A stretch of 64,000 nt of DNA from Patescibacteria group bacterium (GTDB lineage Bacteria > Patescibacteriota > Microgenomatia > UBA1400 > PJMF01): contig JAZQJV010000018.1 in NCBI GenBank assembly GCA_045541795.1, positions 118,236 to 182,235 on the forward strand, in the 5' to 3' direction. The notes beneath the pieces were generated by a model. The model was not told the DNA's origin, searched no databases, and was given only the letters and a program-made list of their open reading frames with translations. Numbering within the stretch: position 1 is the first letter of the stretch; each line of letters starts with the position of its first letter. The position numbers were made by a program, and so were the translations under genes. Below are positions 35,842 to 45,725 of the stretch, one piece after another.

Positions 35842-37059
35842 ATGCTCAACAACCGCAAACTGATTTACTTCATCTTAGTACTCGCCATTGCCATCGTGAG
35901 CGCCGGCATCGGCGCCTGGTTCGGCTACGGCCAAAAAGTAAGCACCGGCACCAAACTGCTAACTGCCAATCATGTTGCTCCCGCAGACTCATCACTTGCC
36001 GAAAGTCAAGAATACGAATCGCTGCTGGCCGATATCGAGGCTGGTAACTTTGCACAAACCGAGGCAGCTCCAACGACACCGGCCTCAATTGCTCCTGTCA
36101 TGTCTGGCAGCGTCGAGCCGTCAGGCACAGTTCCCAAAACCGTCTCCATCCCCACGCTGGGAGAAGCCAACGCCATCAGCTACACGAGCAGGGATCTCGG
36201 TGGCGGCAACTGGGAGAGTCACTTTTACATCTATACGGTGGATTTTGGCGGCGATGTCTTTAACTTTTTGGATCTGTCGCTTCCCGTCCATGCTGCCGCT
36301 TACGTGGGCGCCGTGCCAGGATTTAGTGACCACACCATGGTTTTCAGCTCTTCAGATGACGCTGGTATGCCGATCATTTATGCTGTCGACCTGGCAGAAA
36401 ATCCGGATCAATACGTCACTTTCGCCAGCGTCGCCGATCAGAAGGCCTTTTGTCAGTTGGTGCCTAACTGCGATCTTGGTTCCTCGATTTTTGCGCTGCA
36501 AAAAGTAAACGGCCGGCTCGCTTTTAACACCGGCGTAGATTGCTACGCTAATTCCTGTCCTACTTATTATATCGATTTGTTTAAAGGCGGTCACCTGGAA
36601 AACGCTACCAGTCAACCAGCAAACGCACCATTAGCTTATCCCAATAGCCTTTCTGCCAGTGACGGTTTCAGCGTCCAGCGGGAGGGCGGCAGCTTATATT
36701 TAACCGATCCTTCTGGTAAATCAAGCGAAGTTCTAAGCGGTGTCATTAGTTACTTTTTCTGGCGCAATCACATTTTTTACCTGCTCAATAACGACCGCAC
36801 CAACGTCTACCGTTTTGATATCCGCTCTGGCAAGTCGGACTCAATCTATACAGTCACTGGCGGCCGCTTGCTTGGTCTGTCCACCATGGGTCAAAATAAA
36901 ATCTTGCTCACCTTCCAACCCGATGGCTCCAATCAGTGGCAGTCCCGGATCATTGATCATGATGGTCAAGCGGCGAGCTTCACCTATTACCAAGCTGGCG
37001 CAGCTGTACCCGTAGATTTCAGCGACACTCACAGTATTACGGTGCAGTACTTTGAGTAG
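35842..37059 (+). CDS. hypothetical membrane-anchored extracytoplasmic protein
   Basis: N-terminal TM (LIYFILVLAIAIVSAGIGAWFGY), then about 370 aa of a Ser/Thr/Gly-rich probable beta-rich domain. No known motif. Confidence 0.4.
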   Translation: MLNNRKLIYFILVLAIAIVSAGIGAWFGYGQKVSTGTKLLTANHVAPADSSLAESQEYESLLADIEAGNFAQTEAAPTTPASIAPVMSGSVEPSGTVPKTVSIPTLGEANAISYTSRDLGGGNWESHFYIYTVDFGGDVFNFLDLSLPVHAAAYVGAVPGFSDHTMVFSSSDDAGMPIIYAVDLAENPDQYVTFASVADQKAFCQLVPNCDLGSSIFALQKVNGRLAFNTGVDCYANSCPTYYIDLFKGGHLENATSQPANAPLAYPNSLSASDGFSVQREGGSLYLTDPSGKSSEVLSGVISYFFWRNHIFYLLNNDRTNVYRFDIRSGKSDSIYTVTGGRLLGLSTMGQNKILLTFQPDGSNQWQSRIIDHDGQAASFTYYQAGAAVPVDFSDTHSITVQYFE

Positions 37060-37212
37060 TCACTAGCAAAATTGCAGAGTGCATCAACGCTCACAAAAAT
37101 GTCAGCGCAAAAATTAGCAGTCTCATGTCTACTCTGCTAATGATTTTAATGGTGTTAAAAAATACTGAAACACAAAGCAAAATTCATTTATTGTACACAA
37201 TAAATACTCAAT

Positions 37213-38655
37213 TTAATCTTCCACCACGTATGCCACCAGCTCATCACCAGCTTGGAAGTCGAGCTTTTTTTGCCGGAAAGTGATACCACCCTCAGTTGGC
37301 GCTTTAAAATGATCCACTTCGAGTTTACCGTGCATCATTGACGAGACAATGGGATCGGCGATGATCTGTCCGTCACGCTTGAGATGGTATTTATCATTTT
37401 TCTTGAGTTCACCACTGGTCACTTTCACGCCCGCAATCCGCAAGCCTTTCATCTCAAAAATTTCTTGGATCGTAGCCGTGCCCGTCACTACCTCATCAAT
37501 GGTTGGCTCCAAAAGCTTGAGCATCTTTTTTTGGATGTATTCAATCAACTCATAAATAATGTCATATGATTTAATCTTGACACCATGCGCTTTGGCCACT
37601 TGGGTGATATGTGGACTGACTTTCACTTGGAAACTTAAAATCTTTGCCCCGGCAGTGTGTGCTAATTCTACATCTGTATCCGTCACTTCGCCCACACCTT
37701 GGCTAATGATCTCGACACTGTCCGGATCGCAGTTGGCAGCAATTGCCTCCAGCGTTCCCTGGGTGTCAGCTTTGAGGATAAATTTGAGCTTGTTGCTATC
37801 GCCTAAAACAGAAAAATCAATTCCGGCATAAGGATCATTACTGACACTTTGCTTCTCCACTGCTGGGCTGTGGTCTTGAGGATGGCACGTGACGATCGAA
37901 CCGACGGCAGGCACATCTTTGAAACCAATTATTTGTCCCGGCTCACCAGGAAGAAGTTGCTGTACCGGTTTACCAAAATCATTGAGGATGTTTTTGACTT
38001 TACCACTCGTCTCTGCCGTGTAAATATCATCACGCACTTTGAGCGTGCCCGACTGGACGATAATATTAGCGACCGCTCCCCGGCGTGGATCTTTGGCCGA
38101 CTCAATCACTACAGCCTGGAAGTCATCATTTGGATCGGCTTGCAGCTCTAGCAAATCAGCCGTAATGACCAAAGTTTCCAATAGCTTGTCAATTCCTTTG
38201 CCGGTTTTGGCGGATATTTCTACTGCTTCGGTGTCGCCGCCAAAATCAGTCACCACTACATCATGCTCGGCCAGCTGTGACTTGACGTTGATCACATTAA
38301 TGTCTGGTAAATCAATTTTATTGATGGCTACCACCACCGGTACACCAGCCGTTTTGATGTGACGGATAGACTCGATGGTTTGCGGTTTGACGCCATCATT
38401 AGCGGCCACTACTAGTACTACAATATCCGTGATCGCTGCACCTCGCTCCCGCATCGCGCTAAAAGCAGCGTGGCCTGGTGTATCAATAAAAGTCAGCTGA
38501 GCATCGCCCACCTTTACCTGGTAAGCGCCGATATGCTGAGTGATCCCCCCTTGTTCTTTGGCCGTGAGCCGCGAGCGGCGCAAGAAGTCCAAAAGCGTCG
38601 TCTTACCGTGGTCTACATGGCCCATGATGGTGATGACTGGGGATCTTTTGCTCAT
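37213..38655 (-). CDS. infB: translation initiation factor IF-2 (short form)
   Basis: G-domain [26 protein letters not shown]-terminal IF-2 beta-barrel domains. Overlaps the nusA stop. Confidence 0.8.
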   Translation of the reverse strand: MSKRSPVITIMGHVDHGKTTLLDFLRRSRLTAKEQGGITQHIGAYQVKVGDAQLTFIDTPGHAAFSAMRERGAAITDIVVLVVAANDGVKPQTIESIRHIKTAGVPVVVAINKIDLPDINVINVKSQLAEHDVVVTDFGGDTEAVEISAKTGKGIDKLLETLVITADLLELQADPNDDFQAVVIESAKDPRRGAVANIIVQSGTLKVRDDIYTAETSGKVKNILNDFGKPVQQLLPGEPGQIIGFKDVPAVGSIVTCHPQDHSPAVEKQSVSNDPYAGIDFSVLGDSNKLKFILKADTQGTLEAIAANCDPDSVEIISQGVGEVTDTDVELAHTAGAKILSFQVKVSPHITQVAKAHGVKIKSYDIIYELIEYIQKKMLKLLEPTIDEVVTGTATIQEIFEMKGLRIAGVKVTSGELKKNDKYHLKRDGQIIADPIVSSMMHGKLEVDHFKAPTEGGITFRQKKLDFQAGDELVAYVVED

Positions 38656-39959
38656 GCTTTCTTTGCTAAAGGATTCGGGGTCAGAAGCGACGGCGAATTC
38701 TGATAATCAGTTTCTACTTGCTTGGTCGCGCGCTCAATGATTGCTTGCTTGTCTTCGGCTGAAAGCACTTCATTATCCTGCAAGCGGTTTTGGAAACGCA
38801 CGATGTCGTTACTATTGGTCAGCTTAAGGTTGACGAGCTCTTCGCGGACTTGCGGGCTTAGTCCAAAACTATCAATTTCATATTCCTCGCTACCGCTCAC
38901 TTGCTTGGCCACGTCGCCAGCTTCATCCACGATCGTGATCGACATGCCCAAAAGTTTGCCGGCTAAACGCACGTTTTGCCCACTGCGACCGATCGCGAGA
39001 GAAATTTGATCCGCCGGTGCTTTTACCGTGGCGGTATTAGTCTTGGCATCATAGTTGATGGTTAAGTTTTCGGCTGGCGCCAAAGCCGCAGCAATTAGCT
39101 GTGTCTTATCATCATAAAAGGGGATAATGTCAATTTTTTCGTTATTTAGTTCCTTGATGATTTCTTGTACTCGGACACCACGCTGGCCGACACAAGAACC
39201 TACCGGATCTACGCCTTGAGGCTGGTTGCTGGAGACCGCCAACTTGGTGCGGATACCCGCTTCCCGGGCGATCATACGGATCTGGACGGCCCCACTGGCA
39301 ATTTCTGGGACTTCTCGCTCAAATAGTAACTCTACCAAGCGGGCATCGGCCCTGGAGACGATAATCGTCCGGTGACCAGCCACCTCACCAATCTCCTTGA
39401 TGAGTACGGCCAGCCGAGCGTTACTCTTGTAAAACTCACCGCGCATCTGCTCGCGTGGCGGCATCGCAGCATAACCACGTCCCACATCCATCCAGACCAC
39501 ACCCCGCTCCATCCGGACTACTTGCGCCGTAATCATCTGACCGATTTGATTTTGGTATTCACCAATGATCTGGTCACGCTCGGCATCACGCATCCGGGCA
39601 ATAATAATTTGCTTAGCCAACTGTGCTGCAATCCGCCCAAAACCAGACGGCGTAACGTCTTCGGCTTGCGTCTCATCATAGCTTTCGTCTTCGGGATCAT
39701 CAGGATGAAGCCGTGGCGCACGGAAAACATACATCTCGCCAGTAAGCCGGTCCACTTGACCCCAATAATAAAAAGCGGGATCTAGAGGGATGTCATTTTC
39801 TCCGCCTGCCTGCTTGCGGTAAGCACCGACAAGGCCCGCTTCAATCGCCAGATAAACTTGCTCTGGATCAATTTTGCGTTCGGCAGACACCTGGGCGATG
39901 GCCGCGGCAAATTCTGTTCTCTGGGATTTTTTTGCTTTTAGATCGTTTTTTCTTGCCAT
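38652..39959 (-). CDS. nusA: transcription termination/antitermination factor NusA
   Basis: N-terminal domain, S1-like region and KH repeats (GVDPVGSCVGQRGVRVQEIIKEL). Forms a nusA-infB operon. Confidence 0.8.
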   Translation of the reverse strand: MARKNDLKAKKSQRTEFAAAIAQVSAERKIDPEQVYLAIEAGLVGAYRKQAGGENDIPLDPAFYYWGQVDRLTGEMYVFRAPRLHPDDPEDESYDETQAEDVTPSGFGRIAAQLAKQIIIARMRDAERDQIIGEYQNQIGQMITAQVVRMERGVVWMDVGRGYAAMPPREQMRGEFYKSNARLAVLIKEIGEVAGHRTIIVSRADARLVELLFEREVPEIASGAVQIRMIAREAGIRTKLAVSSNQPQGVDPVGSCVGQRGVRVQEIIKELNNEKIDIIPFYDDKTQLIAAALAPAENLTINYDAKTNTATVKAPADQISLAIGRSGQNVRLAGKLLGMSITIVDEAGDVAKQVSGSEEYEIDSFGLSPQVREELVNLKLTNSNDIVRFQNRLQDNEVLSAEDKQAIIERATKQVETDYQNSPSLLTPNPLAKKA

Positions 39960-40029
39960 GTTATCCTTGCTTGCTTACTAAAAATCGGCAACTGGGAGGA
40001 TGCCGAGCTTGGCTAAGGTCAATAACTAC

Positions 40030-40058
40030 ATTATATCACAAAAACTGCTTCTTGTCAA
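40030..40058 (-). promoter_or_regulatory. consensus promoter (TTGACA, 17-nt spacer, TGaTATAAT) for nusA-infB
   Basis: Reverse complement reads cTTGACAagaagcagtttttgtgaTATAATgtag. Confidence 0.5.
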
Positions 40059-40079
40059 GGGCTAATTTTGGTGTATAAT
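40052..40079 (+). promoter_or_regulatory. promoter (TTGTCA, 16-nt spacer, TGtTATAAT) for the pilin-like/giant-protein operon
   Basis: Shares its -35 hexamer with the divergent nusA promoter, giving a back-to-back arrangement. Confidence 0.45.
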
Positions 40080-40089
40080 TGGGGAACTT

Positions 40090-40563
40090 ATGAAAAAATG
40101 GAGTGTGATCGCAGTTTTAATTTTGAGCCTGTTTGCGGGACGGCCAGCACATGCTGCCCCTTACGAAAGTTGGAAGAGTTCCAAAATGTGCACAGGCGCT
40201 AAAGACACGCTTTCTGAAGACGTTGCCACTATCGCTGGTATCGTTTGCCTGATCGCCAATGCCTTAAATGCCGTCCTGACGCTGTTTTCCTTCGTCGGCT
40301 TCCTCATGTTTGTGTATGCCAGTTTTATGCTCATGATCTCTGGCGGTAATCCCAGCGGCTTTGAAACAGCGAAAAATACCTTTACTTACGCAATTTTTGG
40401 CTTCGTGCTGGCTTTATCATCATTTGTGATCATCAATCTTATTTCTTATTACACTGGCCTCAATAGCTTCTTTGTCATCAAATTCTTGCCCAATACTATT
40501 TCTGGCAGCGCCAGCAGTGGCGGTACAGGCGGTAGCGGTACGGGAGGTACAAGCGGGCCATAA
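40090..40563 (+). CDS. VirB2/TrbC pilin-like secreted two-TM protein (paralog B) with Gly/Ser-rich tail
   Basis: Signal peptide (MKKWSVIAVLILSLFAGRPAHA). TM1, loop SGGNPSGFETAKN, TM2, and a C-terminal GSASSGGTGGSGTGGTSGP. Confidence 0.45.
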   Translation: MKKWSVIAVLILSLFAGRPAHAAPYESWKSSKMCTGAKDTLSEDVATIAGIVCLIANALNAVLTLFSFVGFLMFVYASFMLMISGGNPSGFETAKNTFTYAIFGFVLALSSFVIINLISYYTGLNSFFVIKFLPNTISGSASSGGTGGSGTGGTSGP

Positions 40564-40564
40564 T

Positions 40565-43500
40565 ATGCGCATTGATAAATTCTTACCGGCAAAACGTTGG
40601 CAAACTGTTATCATTGGGGTCAGTTTGGTTTTTGGCTGCATGATGTCGCTGCAAAATTTGCACCTAGACCTAGTTTCTGACGTCTGGAGTGCGCAGTATC
40701 AGGATGTTTATAGTCAAGTGATGAGTATTTTCCAGTCACGAGGTGAGACCATCCCTACTAATGTCGCCGCCGACATCATCGAGCGTTCTGGCGGTGATCA
40801 AAATCAAGCTATAGCTACTCTGGAAAAGTATCTCAACGTCTACAAAGCTTTGCAAGCGCGTAATCCTGATGTCTCTTCTCTAGTCATCAGTTTGATCGCC
40901 AAACAGTACCCAGATAATTACTCACAGGCCAGCACAGCTTTGTCGCAGACGGTCTCGACAGCTAAGCAGATCCAGGACTACCAAAATATAAATACTATTG
41001 CGGCGCAAATTGTGGCCGCTTTAGGGATTAATAATAGTTTCACGCAGACACTCTCAGACGCTTATGACGTCGTCAATAATGCCAGTAATATGGGCCAGCA
41101 GATGAACGTCAACAATATCGCCGCTCAAATTTTGTCTGCGCTCGATCTTACCGGAGAACTATCCTCGGGTTTTGGCAGCCAGGCTGATTTGCAAAATACG
41201 CTTCAAAGCATGACTAGATCGTCCCTCTTGCAAAGTCAAGACGCTAAGGATGTCCTCGGTGCCTTAGACATTTTCACGCCGGGTAATTTCTCGTCTGATG
41301 CCGGCAGCGTGAGTAAAATTGCCAGTGATCTTTTAGGCGGAAAACTTTCAGACACGGTCAAAAGTGTGGTAGATAAAGAAATTGCCGAAAGTTTGGGCGC
41401 GCTTAATCTAGGTAGTTTGTCTGGTCTTAGCGAAGGTAAAGGGAATTTTTCTGGCATTCTTGAGCAGGTGACATCTAAAACTGCCGGTGAAGCTGGCAAA
41501 TACAAGGATGTCTACGAAACCGTCACCAAAGGTATGAGCACTCAGGACATCGTCAAAATGGGCACCGACAAAATCAAAGACAGTATCTTAGATAATTCTA
41601 CCCTCGACCAGGAAAAAGCCGCTCAGGAAACCAAAAAAGAACTTGACCAAGAGGCAAAAAAAGCCGTAGACGAGGAAAAAAAACTACAGGATGAAGGATT
41701 GATTGATCCGTCGAGCGTACCAAGCAGTAGCCCTTCGCCTTCTTCAACTCCCGATCCTTCAGCCAGTCCTTCACCATCACCTTCCGCAAGTCCTTCTCCT
41801 GGTGCCAGCCCGTCGCCAGGGGCGAGCCCGAGTCCCTCTCCGTCTGCTAGTCCGTCACCGAGCGCTTCGCCGTCGCCGTCAGCGTCACCGAAAGCAACTG
41901 AATACATCAGAAGTGGTGCACAGGGATCCTTTATCACCGCTATCATAGATAAACTCAGAATGAGCGGCACGGCCGAAAATATTAAGGAAGGTTTTGCTGC
42001 TAAAATGATCGCCAAGAATTTATCGCTGGAGGGATATGAAGCCTATCATATCAAAACTGTCAGCCGTTTGCAGCCCTATATGAATTTTTCTCATCGCCGT
42101 AACAATGTAGATTTTAGCCAAGCCAAAGTACCCCTCATGCGCAATAGTAACTACAAACCTGAACGGCTTAATTCTGCCGAAAATTATTACGGCTATAATG
42201 CCCGGGTAGGAGTGAATGACACTGATATCCTTACTGAGTCAGCCTGGGTCGCCAAAATGTCGCAGCCTGTCAAATGCAGCCTCAAAGCCGCCAATCTTGC
42301 CTATATCGTGCGCACTTGCGACATTCTTCATGAAGACACATGCGAAGGTCTATACCTGACCGCTGATGGCAGTGAAACCATCAAAGATACTAAGATCAAA
42401 GTCCATGATTTGGCTCTTGCGGTGACAGCCATTCTCATCACTGATGGCAGCCAACGTGACGAGTTAATCAATGCGGTGGCGCTCGCTTTGGCGACGGGCA
42501 AAGGCGATCTTAGCGGCATCATGGGACAAGTAACCAATATTATTAATAGTATTGGCGGTGAGAATTCAGATGTACTGTCGCGTTTGCTGGCTATGGCTTC
42601 AGATAAAGTCATGGAACCTATCTATGATAACCGGATTCCTTTTTGTGAGACACTTTATAATACTCCAGCCACAGCGGCTACGGATGAGACGGGCTTACTG
42701 CTAGAAATGGCCAAAGGCAACATCCAAGCGGAGGATATGGGCAAAATTTATCTGCGCTGGGCGATGGAAAAATTGGACTTTTACCTGGCACGTGAATACC
42801 GCACTGCATACCTAGTGCAAACTACAAGAATCTGCCCGGTACGTCGGCAATTTATCTGCTCTAAATCCTCACCCGTATATAAGTATGCACCAGCACCCAC
42901 AGGCACCTGCTTAGTACAACTCCCCTGTATACCTGGTATCACCCCAGATCAGGTGCGTGTATATCCATTCAAAATCCCAGATCTTTTCACCAATAAGAAT
43001 TTTTGCAAAACGTCTGATCTAGAATATCCTGGGCTCTTGAATGACGTCAAATGTGAGCCCTCTGAGCAATTCCAATATGCAGACATGATACAAGAATATC
43101 ACGATCCGGCACTTTTACAAAAAAATTTCCTCATGAATATGGAGCAGATCCGCGCTGAACGTGAAGAGTTTTTAGCAAAACGCAAAACTCGCGCCCAGCA
43201 CTCTGCCGAAGCCTGTACGGCCAATAGTGCTACCACTCTTGCCAAAATGCAAGAGGCCGACTTAACATGCACCGACAAAAATGTGCTTAGCGGTGATCTG
43301 ATTGACTGTGAAAACTGCAATGGCGAAGCCAGACGAGTCAAAGCGGCTCTAGTGAAAGTCATCAACGGTGCCATCAAACATGGCGAACTTTACAAAATCG
43401 AAAATCCCAACGGCAACTCGCCGGGTACTGATGATGTCAGCGGCGGGCTTAGTAGTTCCGCCATTACCACTTCTGCCGTGAATCCGCTCGAACCAGCTAT

Positions 43501-44137
43501 CACTGATGTCAACTATTTTAATGATTTCTGCTTATGTCGGGAAAAAATGTTCCTTTGGGTCCCGTGGTTTGCCTACGCTAAACTTGATTACTTTGTCGTC
43601 GAGCCGATCAGTGATGAGGTGGAAAGTATTGAGGAGCACATTGTCTCGCCGTTTTTCCGCACTAGTCAATACCAGCAATTCCTCAAAAATGACAGCCGTC
43701 AAAATCGTAAAATCCAAGTCACTGGCGCCAAGAGTAACCTGAGTGACATCCCGATTTGGCTGCCTGCTGGCGGGCCGATCAGTAATGTCTTTTTGCAGCA
43801 GCAAGTTTTATACAATCAAGATCAAGACATTTATAAGAACTTTAAAAAATGCGTTTCCGCCGCCTCATATTTTGAGTCACAGTGCATGGGTGCGGATAGC
43901 GGCAAAGAGGATGAGGCTTTTGACGAGGCTAAAAGTCAGTGCATATTGCGTGCGGAAGCTGGCTGTACTCGTGGCTGTGGCGAGAACGGAGTGATTTCGC
44001 TTACCTATGGTAGCGAGGACGGTAAGACTATTATTGACTGTGAATGCGGCAATACTGGCGGTGAAGACAGTAGCGGGCCAAGAAATTATCATTATGAATG
44101 TGAAAATTCCACCGATACTGAATGGGATGACGTCTAA
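40565..44137 (+). CDS. giant (1190-aa) membrane-anchored surface protein with PS-rich linker and Cys-rich C-terminal domain
   Basis: The ATG overlaps the stop of the pilin-like gene (TAATATG). N-terminal TM (VIIGVSLVFGCMMSL). Long Ser/Gln/Ala-rich region. (SPSPSA)n linker at about aa 380-450. C-terminal 750 aa has more than 30 Cys (CENCNGE, CECGNTGGED). Confidence 0.5.
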   Translation: MRIDKFLPAKRWQTVIIGVSLVFGCMMSLQNLHLDLVSDVWSAQYQDVYSQVMSIFQSRGETIPTNVAADIIERSGGDQNQAIATLEKYLNVYKALQARNPDVSSLVISLIAKQYPDNYSQASTALSQTVSTAKQIQDYQNINTIAAQIVAALGINNSFTQTLSDAYDVVNNASNMGQQMNVNNIAAQILSALDLTGELSSGFGSQADLQNTLQSMTRSSLLQSQDAKDVLGALDIFTPGNFSSDAGSVSKIASDLLGGKLSDTVKSVVDKEIAESLGALNLGSLSGLSEGKGNFSGILEQVTSKTAGEAGKYKDVYETVTKGMSTQDIVKMGTDKIKDSILDNSTLDQEKAAQETKKELDQEAKKAVDEEKKLQDEGLIDPSSVPSSSPSPSSTPDPSASPSPSPSASPSPGASPSPGASPSPSPSASPSPSASPSPSASPKATEYIRSGAQGSFITAIIDKLRMSGTAENIKEGFAAKMIAKNLSLEGYEAYHIKTVSRLQPYMNFSHRRNNVDFSQAKVPLMRNSNYKPERLNSAENYYGYNARVGVNDTDILTESAWVAKMSQPVKCSLKAANLAYIVRTCDILHEDTCEGLYLTADGSETIKDTKIKVHDLALAVTAILITDGSQRDELINAVALALATGKGDLSGIMGQVTNIINSIGGENSDVLSRLLAMASDKVMEPIYDNRIPFCETLYNTPATAATDETGLLLEMAKGNIQAEDMGKIYLRWAMEKLDFYLAREYRTAYLVQTTRICPVRRQFICSKSSPVYKYAPAPTGTCLVQLPCIPGITPDQVRVYPFKIPDLFTNKNFCKTSDLEYPGLLNDVKCEPSEQFQYADMIQEYHDPALLQKNFLMNMEQIRAEREEFLAKRKTRAQHSAEACTANSATTLAKMQEADLTCTDKNVLSGDLIDCENCNGEARRVKAALVKVINGAIKHGELYKIENPNGNSPGTDDVSGGLSSSAITTSAVNPLEPAITDVNYFNDFCLCREKMFLWVPWFAYAKLDYFVVEPISDEVESIEEHIVSPFFRTSQYQQFLKNDSRQNRKIQVTGAKSNLSDIPIWLPAGGPISNVFLQQQVLYNQDQDIYKNFKKCVSAASYFESQCMGADSGKEDEAFDEAKSQCILRAEAGCTRGCGENGVISLTYGSEDGKTIIDCECGNTGGEDSSGPRNYHYECENSTDTEWDDV
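41700..41895 (+). repeat. imperfect tandem codon-level repeats encoding the (S/A/G)PSPS linker
   Basis: Reiterated agtcc(t/g)tc(a/g)cc(a/g)... units. Coding low-complexity sequence, not a CRISPR array. Confidence 0.5.
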
Positions 44138-45725
44138 ATGGCGCCAACTTCAATCTTGGCGCTGCTGGCTGCCATACCTGGTTTTGGCACTAGCGATGGC
44201 GATCGCCATCGCCCTCAAAAAGGATTATTACATTGATGAAATTTACAGCTATGGTCTCGCCAATAGTCTGACGCCGCAAATAGATATTAGCAATCCTGGT
44301 ATTTTCCGGCCGGCTTGGTCAGTGTTTCGCCCGTACGTGACCGCTTCCTGGTGGCACGTGCTTGATTTACCTTCTGTGTGGCAAAATCAGGCCGCTGATG
44401 TCCATCCTCCATTTTACTATTTGTTGCTGCATGTGGTTTCCTCACTTGCGCCAGGTATTTTCTCGCGTGGCTTTGCGGGCTTGATTAATATCATTTCTGC
44501 TCTAGTGTGCCTTTATTTTGTGGGGAGTATCTTGCGTCGTCTGGAAGTCAGCCCAGCTGCTCGGCATTGGATCAGCCTGTGTCTCTCGCTCCATCCAGCC
44601 ATCATTGGCGCTGGTAGCTTTTTGCGGATGTACTTGTTGCTGTCAGCACTCCTTTTGGCCATTACTGATCAAACGCTTGCCCTCATCCAAAATCCTGTGT
44701 CAATCAAATCCTGGTATCGCACTCCGCTTACGTGGCTTGTCACCGCCGCTTGCCTTACCCATTACTATGCATACGTCTATCTGATTGGACTTGTCGGTGC
44801 CGCTCTCATTTTGTTTTGGCGGCGTGGTCAAAAACAAGCCTGTCGCCATTTGTTGGCTTGTGCCGTTGCTGGCGTCGCCAGCGCCTTAATACTATTCCCG
44901 TATGCGCTGCGCCATGTATTTTTTGCTGACCGCGGGACTCAGTCATGGAGCAACTTTTTGCAGCTGTCTGCCTTTCGCGCGCGTTTAGATCTTTATACGA
45001 ATTTGCTCAATAGACAGCTTTTTGGCGGTTTTGGCTGGTTGCTTATTGGTATGATCGGTATTGCTTTGGCGGTTTATCTTTGGCAAGGAAGACGCCGGCT
45101 CCAAGCGAGTGTAAATAAACTTGGTCTTTGGCTGGTGGTGACGGCGCCAGCGTGTGCTTACCTGATTCTTGTTGGTATTTCTTCAGTCTTTACTGTGGAC
45201 CGGTACATGCAGCCGCTGTATTTCCCCGTTATCACCATTGTGTACGGCAGTTTGGCACTACTAATTTGGCGCCATGCGCCTTCTCGTTGGCGATCAGGAC
45301 TATTAATAGCAGTACTCAGCGTGTGTACTGTTTTTTCTTGGCGCGTACAAGAATGGCCCTATCTTTATTGGGAGAGAGAGCAAGAAATTGCCAGAGCACG
45401 CGCTCACGAGGGCTTAGATTGCCTCTTCCTGTATCAAGATCGTTGGACCGCTCTTTACTATTTTGAGGAATTGCGTCATTACCGTTCTGTCACCTTTATC
45501 CCTGTAGAGGCCAATGACCGCATCCGTTATTATATGGAAGTCATCAAGCACGCCCATATAGATGAATTAGTAGTCGCTTTTGGTTTGGGTGATGACGATC
45601 CTCGTGAACCAGAAGCAGTTCTTAATAAATTCCTTGATATATCGGGATTTTTAGAGTACAAGCAAACAATTTGGCAGCATAGCCCCAAATCAGCAAGTTA
45701 TCTAGTGGGCAGTAAAGTCGACTGA
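44127..45725 (+). CDS. GT-C-type membrane glycosyltransferase (ArnT/PMT family-39-like)
   Basis: First-loop DEIYSYGLANS and HPPFYYLLLH motifs. About 11 TM segments. Start overlaps the giant gene's stop (ATGACGTCTAAATGG). Confidence 0.55.
   Translation: MTSKWRQLQSWRCWLPYLVLALAMAIAIALKKDYYIDEIYSYGLANSLTPQIDISNPGIFRPAWSVFRPYVTASWWHVLDLPSVWQNQAADVHPPFYYLLLHVVSSLAPGIFSRGFAGLINIISALVCLYFVGSILRRLEVSPAARHWISLCLSLHPAIIGAGSFLRMYLLLSALLLAITDQTLALIQNPVSIKSWYRTPLTWLVTAACLTHYYAYVYLIGLVGAALILFWRRGQKQACRHLLACAVAGVASALILFPYALRHVFFADRGTQSWSNFLQLSAFRARLDLYTNLLNRQLFGGFGWLLIGMIGIALAVYLWQGRRRLQASVNKLGLWLVVTAPACAYLILVGISSVFTVDRYMQPLYFPVITIVYGSLALLIWRHAPSRWRSGLLIAVLSVCTVFSWRVQEWPYLYWEREQEIARARAHEGLDCLFLYQDRWTALYYFEELRHYRSVTFIPVEANDRIRYYMEVIKHAHIDELVVAFGLGDDDPREPEAVLNKFLDISGFLEYKQTIWQHSPKSASYLVGSKVD

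Noticed and set aside
37060-37212. Possible terminator or ncRNA in the 150-bp convergent gap between the 35842 gene and infB.
   Set aside because: Only a weak 7-bp hairpin (ttagcag...ctgctaa) with a 13-nt loop and no U-tract was found. This is not convincing.
41700-41895. Short tandem repeats that might be taken for a CRISPR array or microsatellite.
   Set aside because: They are in-frame and encode the (SPSPSA)n linker of the giant protein. There are no regular spacers. No CRISPR arrays were seen anywhere in the window.
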